32,000 nucleotides of DNA. Origin: Halomicrobium mukohataei DSM 12286. GTDB lineage: Archaea > Halobacteriota > Halobacteria > Halobacteriales > Haloarculaceae. Made by a program: the position numbers and the translations under genes. This document shows, one piece after another, positions 18,060 to 25,439 of this stretch; positions within the stretch are counted from its first letter, which is position 1; the number at the start of each line of letters is the position of its first letter. Below the pieces are notes generated by a model. That model saw only the letters and a program-made list of their open reading frames with translations, had not been told where the DNA came from and ran no database searches. The stretch spans positions 2,790,001 to 2,822,000 of the forward strand of contig NC_013202.1 of assembly GCF_000023965.1 (NCBI RefSeq). Reading direction: 5' to 3'.

Positions 18060-20033
18060 ATGCAACGTCGCAACTATCTACAATCGCTTTCGGCGCTGGC
18101 CGGTCTGGCCGGCGTCTCCGCGGTAACAGCACAGGAAGAGTATCCGGCGTACGATTCGAGCGCGACCTACAACGGTGGCGATCGAGTCGTCTACGAGGGA
18201 TACATCTGGGAAGCACAGTGGTGGACCAAAGGAACGGCACCGAGCGCAGACAAGGCTGTCTGGGAGAAAGTCGGACCCGCTGACGGAGGCGGCGGGGACG
18301 ACGGCGGCTCCGACGACGGCGGCAGCAGCGACATTCCTGCCTACGATTCGAGCGCCACCTACACCGGTGGCGACCAGGTCACCTACGACGGGTTCGTCTG
18401 GGAGGCCGAGTGGTGGACCAAGGGTACCGAACCCTCCGAGAGCGCGAACGTCTGGACGAAGGTCCGCGCCGTCGACGACGGCGACAACGGCGGCGACGAC
18501 GGTGGATCCTCCGACCTCAACGCCGTCATCGACGCCAGCGCGACGCGCGTCGACGTCGGTGAGGACGTCACGCTGGACGCCAGCGGCTCCGAGGGCGACA
18601 TCGAGTCCTACGAGTGGATGGTCGGCGACCAGGGTCCGATCTCCGGCGTCGAGAACACGGTCACGCTCGACGAGGAAGGCACCTACGAGGTCACGCTGAC
18701 CGTCACCGACGCAGACGGCAACGAGGCGACCGCGACCCGATCCGTGTTCGTCGGCACCGCGGGCGGCACGCAGCCCGGCGACAAGCGAGTCGTCGCCTAC
18801 TACCGACAGTGGGCACAGTACGACCGCGAGTACACCCCGTCCGACATGCCCCTGGACAACATCACGCACGTCCAGTACGCGTTCGCGCGCCCGGAGGAGG
18901 ACGGCTCCGTCAACCTCGTCGGCGACAGTCACGGCCAGCAGGCGTTCTGGGACCAGAACACCGACTGGCGTGACGCACCCGGCGGAAAGAGCATCGCCGA
19001 GCTCGCAGAAGAGAACGAAGACACCAAGTTCACGCTCTCGATCGGTGGCTGGGGCGACTCCGAGTACTTCTCGTACGCCGCAGAAACCGAGGAGAACCGC
19101 CAGCGCTTCGCCGACCAGTGTGCCGAGTGGGTCGACCGAGGCAACCTCGACGGCATCGACATCGACTGGGAGTTCCCCCACGGCGGGGGCTGTCAGGGCG
19201 ACGGCGGCGAGGCGTGTAACAAGGAGAACGTCGAACGTCCCGAAATCGACATTCCGAACTTCACGAAGCTGTGTCAGGCGGTCCGCGATCGCCTCGACGA
19301 GAAGGCGGCAGAGGAAGGTCGCGAAGAGCCCTACGAGGTCACCGCTGCGGTCAACGCGGACCCCGAGGCGATGGCCGACTACGAGCACGAGGCCCTGTCG
19401 GACATCCTCGACTTCATCCTCGTGATGACCTTCGACTACGCGGGTATCTGGAGCGAGTACACCCGCCATCACGCCCCGCTCAAGGAGAACCCGGACAACC
19501 CGTTCGAGAAGTCCGACAGCTGGAACGCCTCCTACGCTCTCAGCTGGTTCGAACAGCAGGGCTGGTCGCCGGACCAGCTCAACATGGCCGTCCCGTTCTA
19601 CGGGCGTAGCTGGAGCAACGTCAACGACCCCGACGGCGAGGGCAACGGCGAGGACGACGGTCTCTTCCAGAAGTTCGACGGAGAGGACGGCAACGCCAGC
19701 GGCGACGGTAGCTTCGGTACTATCGGTGGTATCTACGAGTACTACGACCTCGCCGGTGGCTCCCGTGGCGGCTCCAGTATCATCGACGGCGACGACTACG
19801 AGACCTACATCGACGAGGACGCCATGACGGCCTACAGCTACAACCCCGACAAGGGCGGTGGCTACAACAAGGCCAGCGGCGAGATGATCTCCCACGACAC
19901 CGTCGAGACCATGGAGATGAAAGCCCAGTGGCTCCGCGACTCGCCGTACGGCGGGACGATGCTGTGGGCCATCGGTGGCGACACGAAGGACGGCGAACTG
20001 ATCAGCACGCTCTGGAACACGCTCAACGAATAG
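18060..20033 (+). CDS. secreted modular GH18 chitinase 2 (Tat signal - 2x CBM5/12 - PKD - classical GH18)
   Basis: Start at MQRRNYLQSLSALAGLAGVSAVTAQ. Two CBM5/12 repeats without flanking Cys (YNGGDRVVYEGYIWEAQWWTKG). One PKD repeat. GH18 blocks YYRQWA, THVQYAF, LSIGGW, DGIDIDWEFP (nt 19149-19172), MTFDY and GGTMLWAIGGD. Confidence 0.93.
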   Translation: MQRRNYLQSLSALAGLAGVSAVTAQEEYPAYDSSATYNGGDRVVYEGYIWEAQWWTKGTAPSADKAVWEKVGPADGGGGDDGGSDDGGSSDIPAYDSSATYTGGDQVTYDGFVWEAEWWTKGTEPSESANVWTKVRAVDDGDNGGDDGGSSDLNAVIDASATRVDVGEDVTLDASGSEGDIESYEWMVGDQGPISGVENTVTLDEEGTYEVTLTVTDADGNEATATRSVFVGTAGGTQPGDKRVVAYYRQWAQYDREYTPSDMPLDNITHVQYAFARPEEDGSVNLVGDSHGQQAFWDQNTDWRDAPGGKSIAELAEENEDTKFTLSIGGWGDSEYFSYAAETEENRQRFADQCAEWVDRGNLDGIDIDWEFPHGGGCQGDGGEACNKENVERPEIDIPNFTKLCQAVRDRLDEKAAEEGREEPYEVTAAVNADPEAMADYEHEALSDILDFILVMTFDYAGIWSEYTRHHAPLKENPDNPFEKSDSWNASYALSWFEQQGWSPDQLNMAVPFYGRSWSNVNDPDGEGNGEDDGLFQKFDGEDGNASGDGSFGTIGGIYEYYDLAGGSRGGSSIIDGDDYETYIDEDAMTAYSYNPDKGGGYNKASGEMISHDTVETMEMKAQWLRDSPYGGTMLWAIGGDTKDGELISTLWNTLNE

Positions 20034-20054
20034 CGTCCGTTCCAGCAGCGCCTC

Positions 20055-20136
20055 ATACGGAAAGTTGTAGGCGTTTACCCAGTCGACCGCACGACGGCGT
20101 GCGGTCGATCTGGTAAAGACATACAACTTTCCGTAT
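20055..20136. repeat. 82-bp imperfect palindrome, copy 2
   Basis: atacggaaagttgtaggcgtttacccagtcgaccgcacg-acgg-cgtgcggtcgatctggtaaagacatacaactttccgtat. It starts 21 nt after the chitinase 2 stop. Stems of 15 + 6 + 11 bp are separated by conserved mismatch blocks. Confidence 0.9.
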
Positions 20137-20299
20137 CACGGCCTGTGCGGTGGCGTGCAATTACGGGGGTAACTGACGTTCACCCGCGGGCCGCTTTGCG
20201 AACCGACGGCGAAGGGGGCGACAGCGTGACTCGATAGCCCCGCCGCCGTCACACGGACCGATCAAACACAGACGACGCAGCGAAATCACGACACTATCT

Positions 20300-22225
20300 A
20301 TGAGAGAAACACGACGCGACATGCTACAGAAGGCAACGGCCCTGTCGGCACTGGCAGTCGGAGCCAGTGCGACAGCAACAGCAGCAGACTGCAGTGGCGT
20401 CTCCGAGTGGGACGCGAGCGCCACCTACAACGGCGGCGATCAGGTCACCTACGACGGTGCGCTCTGGACCGCCGAGTGGTGGACCAGCGGCACTCAGCCG
20501 GCCGAGGACGCTTCGGTCTGGACCAAGGAGGGTGCCTGTGGTGACACTCCACCGGGCGACGGCGACGAAGGGACGGACTGCAGCGAAGTCTCCGCGTGGG
20601 AGTCCGACGTTGCCTACACCGGCGGCGACCAGGTCACCTACGACGACTCGCTGTGGACCGCCGAGTGGTGGACCAAGGGCACCGAACCCGCAGAGAGCGA
20701 GAACGTCTGGACCCTGGAGGGTCCCTGCGGTGACGGCGGCGGCGGTGGTGGCGGCGGTGGCGACGAGAACCAGTCGCCCGACGCCTCCTTTACCGTCTCG
20801 CCGTCTTCGCCCGAGCCGGATGAGGAAGTGACCCTCGACGCCAGCGGGTCCTCCGATCCCGACGGCGATTCCCTGAGCTACGAGTGGGAGATCGAGACCG
20901 TCGGCACCGTCGAGGGTGCGGAGAACTCGCTGACCTTCGACGAGGCCGGTGACTACGAGGTCACGCTGACCGTCACGGACGCCGAAGGCGCGTCCAGTTC
21001 GGTCACCGAGACCCTCAGCGTCGCCGAAGCACCCGATCCGCCGAGCGACGAGTTCAAAGTCATCGGTTACTACCCCGGCTGGAAGGCCACGCCGGAGTAC
21101 GACTACTACCCCGAGGACATCCCCTTCGACAAGGTCACGCACGTCCAGTACGCGTTCCTCGGCGTCGACGCGGACGAGGCAGTGCCGACGATCATGAGCG
21201 ACCAGGACCGCGAGAACCTCGAACGGTTCAAGGAGCTCAAGGACGGAGCGGCCTCCGACACCAAGATCACGCTCTCGATCGGTGGCTGGGCGGACTCGAC
21301 CGGCTTCTCCGAGATCGCCGCGACCGAGAGCAATCGACAGTCCTTCGCCGACCGGTGTGTCGAGATCCTCCGGAAGTACAACCTCGACGGCATCGACATC
21401 GACTGGGAACACCCAGGTAGCTCCCAGGGCAAGTGCCAGTGTGGGAGCAACGAGGACTACGAGACTCACGTCGACCTCCTGCAGGCGCTTCGAGACACGC
21501 TCGACGCGGCCGCCGAGGAAGACGGCAAGTACTACGAGCTGTCCGTCGCGAACGGTGGCTCGGACTGGAACGCCGGTGGCCTCCGCCACGGCGACATCGG
21601 CGAGATCTGTGACTTCGCCTCCATCATGGCCTACGACTTCACGGGCTCGTGGATGGACGTAGTCGGTCAGAACGCGCCGCTGTACGGCGACTCTCACCCC
21701 ACGGAGAACAGCCAGTACGGCGAGACCTACACCGCCCAGTACTTCGTCGAGTACTCGGTCGACAAGCTCTACGCTGGCGACCACGGCGAGACGGGCTACT
21801 GGCCCGGCCAGTGGGAGTACCCGCCGGCCGAGCCCGCAGAGTACGACGAACTGGTCCTCGGCCTGCCGTTCTACGGCCGCGGCTTCAACGGCACCGAGAT
21901 GTACGGCAACTACAGCGGCCTCCCGGAGGGCACGTGGCACGACCAGCTCGAAGACGGAGCCGACCCGACCGGCGCGTTCGACTTCGGTGACCTCGAAGAG
22001 AACATCGAGGGCGCGGACGGCTGGACGAAGAAGCGCCACGACCCCGGTGCGGTCCCCTACATCGTCAACGAAGACGAAGAGACGATCATCAGCTACGACG
22101 ACGAACAGGCCATCGAGGAGAAGGTCGAGTTCGCGAAGGAACGAGGCATGCAGGGCGTCATGTTCTGGGAACTCTCCCAGGACTGGAACCAGACGCTGCT
22201 CGACGCGATCAACCGGACCGCGTAG
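20300..22225 (+). CDS. secreted modular GH18 chitinase 3 (Tat signal - 2x CBM5/12 - PKD - classical GH18)
   Basis: MRETRRDMLQKATALSALAVGASA Tat signal. Two Cys-bracketed CBM5/12 repeats, a Gly9 linker and one PKD repeat. GH18 blocks GYYPGW, THVQYAF, LSIGGW, DGIDIDWEHP (nt 21386-21409), MAYDF and GVMFWELSQD. Confidence 0.93.
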   Translation: MRETRRDMLQKATALSALAVGASATATAADCSGVSEWDASATYNGGDQVTYDGALWTAEWWTSGTQPAEDASVWTKEGACGDTPPGDGDEGTDCSEVSAWESDVAYTGGDQVTYDDSLWTAEWWTKGTEPAESENVWTLEGPCGDGGGGGGGGGDENQSPDASFTVSPSSPEPDEEVTLDASGSSDPDGDSLSYEWEIETVGTVEGAENSLTFDEAGDYEVTLTVTDAEGASSSVTETLSVAEAPDPPSDEFKVIGYYPGWKATPEYDYYPEDIPFDKVTHVQYAFLGVDADEAVPTIMSDQDRENLERFKELKDGAASDTKITLSIGGWADSTGFSEIAATESNRQSFADRCVEILRKYNLDGIDIDWEHPGSSQGKCQCGSNEDYETHVDLLQALRDTLDAAAEEDGKYYELSVANGGSDWNAGGLRHGDIGEICDFASIMAYDFTGSWMDVVGQNAPLYGDSHPTENSQYGETYTAQYFVEYSVDKLYAGDHGETGYWPGQWEYPPAEPAEYDELVLGLPFYGRGFNGTEMYGNYSGLPEGTWHDQLEDGADPTGAFDFGDLEENIEGADGWTKKRHDPGAVPYIVNEDEETIISYDDEQAIEEKVEFAKERGMQGVMFWELSQDWNQTLLDAINRTA

Positions 22226-22241
22226 CGACAGTCGCCTCGCC

Positions 22242-22247
22242 TTTTTT
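22242..22247 (+). terminator. oligo-T (T6) archaeal-type terminator after chitinase 3
   Basis: ctcgccttttttcgac lies 17 nt after the stop codon. A small gcgac-a-gtcgc hairpin precedes it. Confidence 0.4.
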
Positions 22248-22294
22248 CGACGCGTTGCATCGATCGCAGACGACCGACTCAGATTATCACACCA

Positions 22295-23860
22295 ATGAAA
22301 CAGACACGACGGAACATTCTACGCAAAGCATCGGCACTGACAGCACTCGGCATCGGAGCCAGCGGCATCGCGGCTGGCGCAGACTGCAGTAGCGTCCCGG
22401 AGTGGGACGCCGACGCCACCTACACCGGCGGCGACCAGGTCACCTACGACGGTGCGCTCTGGACCGCCGAGTGGTGGACGCAGGACGAGCCGTCCGAGAG
22501 CGCCAACGTCTGGACGCGGGAGGGCGCTTGTGGCGGGAACGGCGGCGACGACGGCGACGACGGCGACGACAGTGACAGCGCGAACTGCGACGACTACCCC
22601 GAGTACGATTCGGGGGCGACCTACACCGGCGGCGACCGAGTGATCTACGACGGTCGGCTCTGGGAAGCCGAGTGGTGGACCAAGGGCACCGAACCCGCCG
22701 AGAGCCAGAACGTCTGGACGCTGGTCGGCACGTGTGGGAACTTCGCACCCACTGCGGTCGCCTCGGCCTCGCCCTACTCGCCGGAGGTCGGCGAGACGGT
22801 CACCTTCGACGGCTCCGACTCTTCCGATCAGGACGGTTCGGTCACGAGCTACGAGTGGAGCTTCGACGACGGTACCACCGAGACGGGCGAGACCGTCACC
22901 AGAAGCTACGACGCGAACGGCGAGTACACGGCGACGCTGACCGTCACCGACGACGCTGGCGCGACCGCCAGCGACTCCGTGAGCGTCGCGGTCGGCGACA
23001 CCAGTGGCGGCTCCGAGAAGGAAGACGACGTGTTCGCGCCCTACCAGGGCACGTGGGGAAGTCTCGTCGACGGGACGCTGAACGTCGACACCGATCGGGT
23101 CGTCGTTTCGTTCGTCGGCGACGCGACCGACGACGGCGAGATCAATCCCGGCTGGCTCACCTCCGGCGGCCAGCGTCCGCTCACCGACTACACCGACGAG
23201 ATTCAGACGCTCCAGGACAACGGTATCGAGGTCTGGGTCGCCATCGGTGGCTGGGACGGCCGCACCGTCGCGCGGGACGCGACCGACGCGACGGAGCTCA
23301 AGAACGTCTACGCCGACATCCTCGATACGCTCGGGGTCACCCACCTCGACATCGACGACGAGAACGCCAACGAGGCGGGCCGTGACGGCAGCGTCTACGA
23401 GATCCGCAACGAAGCGCTCGCGATGCTGCAAGACGAGCGCCCCGAGGTGAAGATCTCCTACACCGTCCCGGCAGGACAGGGCGGCATCGAGAACCGCGAC
23501 TATTCGCCCGCCAAGGACATGGTCAGCGATGCCGTCCAGCAGGGAATCGATCTGTCCTACGTCAACATCATGACTATGGGCTTCTCGGGCGATTACACCT
23601 CGATCATCCCCTCGGCCGGCCAGGGCACTGTCGACTGGCTGGCCAACGTCTACCCGGACAAATCCGAGCAGGAACGCTGGGAGATGCTGGGTGTGACGCC
23701 GAACGTCGGCGAGGACAACTTCACGACCGACGACGCCAGTGCCATCGTCGACTGGGCGGAAAACGAGGATCTCGGACTGCTGAGCTTCTGGGCGCTGTAC
23801 AAGTCCAGTGCTGCCGAACAGGCGGAGATCTTCGCCACGTTCGAGTCCGACGAGGACTGA
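22295..23860 (+). CDS. secreted modular GH18 chitinase 4 (Tat signal - 2x CBM5/12 - PKD - GH18, same catalytic type as chitinase 1)
   Basis: MKQTRRNILRKASALTALGIGASG Tat signal. Two CBM5/12 repeats and one PKD repeat. Catalytic THLDIDDE (DxDxE, nt 23342-23362), AIGGWDG, NIMTMGF and LLSFWAL. The layout parallels the chitinase 1 catalytic domain. Confidence 0.9.
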   Translation: MKQTRRNILRKASALTALGIGASGIAAGADCSSVPEWDADATYTGGDQVTYDGALWTAEWWTQDEPSESANVWTREGACGGNGGDDGDDGDDSDSANCDDYPEYDSGATYTGGDRVIYDGRLWEAEWWTKGTEPAESQNVWTLVGTCGNFAPTAVASASPYSPEVGETVTFDGSDSSDQDGSVTSYEWSFDDGTTETGETVTRSYDANGEYTATLTVTDDAGATASDSVSVAVGDTSGGSEKEDDVFAPYQGTWGSLVDGTLNVDTDRVVVSFVGDATDDGEINPGWLTSGGQRPLTDYTDEIQTLQDNGIEVWVAIGGWDGRTVARDATDATELKNVYADILDTLGVTHLDIDDENANEAGRDGSVYEIRNEALAMLQDERPEVKISYTVPAGQGGIENRDYSPAKDMVSDAVQQGIDLSYVNIMTMGFSGDYTSIIPSAGQGTVDWLANVYPDKSEQERWEMLGVTPNVGEDNFTTDDASAIVDWAENEDLGLLSFWALYKSSAAEQAEIFATFESDED

Positions 23861-23941
23861 TACGGACGGTTGTAGCCGTTTACCTAGTCGACCGCACGCC
23901 GTCGTGCGGTCGATCTGGTAAAGACCGACAACTTTCCGTAT
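23860..23941. repeat. 82-bp imperfect palindrome, copy 3
   Basis: atacggacggttgtagccgtttacctagtcgaccgcacg-ccgt-cgtgcggtcgatctggtaaagaccgacaactttccgtat. 74/82 identical to copy 2. Its first base is the last base of the chitinase 4 TGA stop. Confidence 0.9.
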
Positions 23942-24155
23942 GATGCGGACGTAGCCGCGCAAAGAGGATCGCAACCCAGCGGGGATCGCGAGATGGTGTC
24001 CAGACGAACAGGCAGTGCGAAGGGGTCGGCCCGGCGCAGCCGTTTTTAGCTGCTCGGGGCAACGGAGCGTGATCCGCGAGGGAACCGCTTAAGTCGTCGC
24101 CTCCCCGAGAAACGAGCATGACTGTACAGACGCGTGACCGACGGGGGCAGGTACC

Positions 24156-24635
24156 GTGAGCCTCCAGCGGCCAGTCGGCTCCGATCACCAGCTCGCACGG
24201 CTGCTCCAGATCGGCGTCGTCCTCGAAGAGGTCGTCGAGGCCCGCGCCGACAAGCACGCCAGCGTCTCGGCGGATCTCGATCCCGCGGTCGAGGCACTGC
24301 TTGACCACGCTGCCAGCGAGTCCGAAGACCATCGGCGAGCACTCGAAGAGCTGATCGGCGAACTGGAGGCAGAGACGGTGCCGTTCGACGAGATCCAGAC
24401 GCTCGTCGAGGCCCAGTACGAGAGCGACGACGAGTTCGACGGCATCCTCTACGATCAGCTGTGCAACGAGGAGACGGCGTACAAGTTCTACGACGACCTC
24501 ATCGGAGCGATCGAGGCCTCCGAGACCGAGTTCAGTATCGACCGAAATCGGCTCCTCTCGACGCTCGAACGCATCCGCGACGAGGAAGCAGACGGCGTCG
24601 AGGAAGTGACCGAACTCATGGAGGAACGCGAATGA
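24156..24635 (+). CDS. acidic helical hypothetical protein, possibly ferritin-like/rubrerythrin-superfamily
   Basis: 159-aa strongly acidic ORF with a GTG start and helical heptad-like composition (ESEDHRRALEELI, EETAYKFYDDLI). It sits directly upstream of a DtxR-type metalloregulator. The function is only a guess. Confidence 0.5.
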   Translation: MSLQRPVGSDHQLARLLQIGVVLEEVVEARADKHASVSADLDPAVEALLDHAASESEDHRRALEELIGELEAETVPFDEIQTLVEAQYESDDEFDGILYDQLCNEETAYKFYDDLIGAIEASETEFSIDRNRLLSTLERIRDEEADGVEEVTELMEERE

Positions 24636-24665
24636 GCGCCGCCGCGACACAACGGAGGGATCCAC

Positions 24666-25097
24666 GTGAACACCGCTAACCAGTATCTGAAAGCCATCTA
24701 CCTCGTCCAGGAACAGGAGGACGGCCCAGCATCGACCGGTGACGTGGCCGACATGCTCGAAGTCAGCCCGGCCAGTGCCAACGAGATGATCGGCAAGCTC
24801 GAAGACCAGGGCCTCCTCGAACACGAGAAGTACAAGGGCGTCGACCTCACGGACGAGGGGATCCACCGCGCACGCGAGGCGCTCCAGAACTACTGCATCA
24901 TCGAGCGGTTTCTCCTCGAAGTGCTCGAAGTCGAGGAGTTCCGCGGCGAGGCAAAGCAACTGGAGGGCGTCATCGACGAGACCGTCGCCGAGCGACTGGA
25001 CACGATCATCGATCGGGAACCGCAGTGTCCGGACTGTTTCGACGCCGAAGACGACGTGTGCGGGCTGATCGAGCTGGAAGCCGAGGCGTCCGACTAG
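24666..25097 (+). CDS. DtxR/MntR/SirR-family metal-dependent transcriptional repressor
   Basis: The N-terminus NQYLKAIYLV.E......TGDVA..L.VSPASANEMI.KLE..GL..HEKYKGV.LT.EG matches the DtxR wHTH. Followed by a dimerisation/metal-binding helix region and C-terminal CPDC. GTG start. Confidence 0.85.
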   Translation: MNTANQYLKAIYLVQEQEDGPASTGDVADMLEVSPASANEMIGKLEDQGLLEHEKYKGVDLTDEGIHRAREALQNYCIIERFLLEVLEVEEFRGEAKQLEGVIDETVAERLDTIIDREPQCPDCFDAEDDVCGLIELEAEASD

Positions 25098-25184
25098 CGC
25101 CGTCGATCTGGACCGGAGAGGCGATCCGGCCCGGCTGCCCCGTCGCCAGTCTTGCGGTGGAGCGGACGGCGACTGCAAAGACAA

Positions 25185-25194
25185 TTCTATTAAA
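25185..25194 (+). promoter_or_regulatory. candidate TATA box of tRNA-Gln
   Basis: ttctattaaa lies about 27-33 nt upstream of the mature tRNA 5' end. Confidence 0.45.
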
Positions 25195-25218
25195 CACCGC
25201 CGAGCAATACCTGGATGA

Positions 25219-25291
25219 AGTCCCGTGGTGTAGTGGCCAATCATATGGGCCTTTGGAGCCCATGACGGCGGTTCGAATCCGCCCGGGACTA
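25219..25291 (+). tRNA. tRNA-Gln (anticodon UUG)
   Basis: Hand-folded cloverleaf: acceptor AGTCCCG/CGGGACT, anticodon stem TGGGC/GCCCA with loop CTTTGGA (anticodon TTG), T arm GGCGG-TTCGAAT-CCGCC, discriminator A. CCA is not encoded. 73 nt. Confidence 0.9.
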
Positions 25292-25368
25292 TTCTGCGAC
25301 GAACGGACGTGAGGAGCGAATAGTCCTGCGGATTCGGGCCCAGAGGACGAGAGGATTCGAGTCCTCGT

Positions 25369-25389
25369 GGTTCGAATCCGCCCGGGACT
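25369..25389 (+). repeat. exact 21-nt copy of the tRNA-Gln 3' end (T-loop plus acceptor 3' strand)
   Basis: ggttcgaatccgcccgggact is identical to 25270-25290 and lies 99 nt downstream of it. Confidence 0.9.
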
Positions 25390-25439
25390 GTGCGAGAATC
25401 TCACATAGTTCGGACAGGCGAGAGAATTCGAGCCTTCGC

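Noticed and set aside
17310-18073. Minus-strand ORFs of 80-122 aa in the chitinase 1-2 spacer: 17310..17567, 17443..17811, 17583..17834 and 17831..18073.
   Set aside because: They overlap one another in different frames. They are Cys/Arg/Ser-rich and basic, and they lack plausible starts or promoters. They are treated as non-coding, and the spacer is reported as a finding instead.
20735-20761. A GGC/GGT simple repeat encoding Gly9 in chitinase 3.
   Set aside because: It is an inter-domain linker between CBM and PKD modules. It is short, in frame and not slippage-prone enough to call a contingency locus.
14877-23941. The three palindromes as integron attC sites, or as a CRISPR-like array.
   Set aside because: attC-like features are present: an imperfect palindrome just after the ORF, conserved unpaired blocks, and GTTGTA/TACAAC boxes. 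However, the box polarity is reversed relative to canonical attC (5' RYYYAAC ... GTTRRRY 3'), the units are 3.8-5.2 kb two-gene segments with their own regulatory regions, and no IntI-type integrase is in the window. Spacing of kilobases and only three copies exclude a CRISPR array.
24043-24047. A T5 tract in a small gcagc/gctgc hairpin downstream of palindrome copy 3, as a terminator for chitinase 4.
   Set aside because: It lies 183 nt past the stop and beyond the palindrome, the stem is only 5 bp, and the T tract would sit in the loop. The evidence is too weak to annotate.
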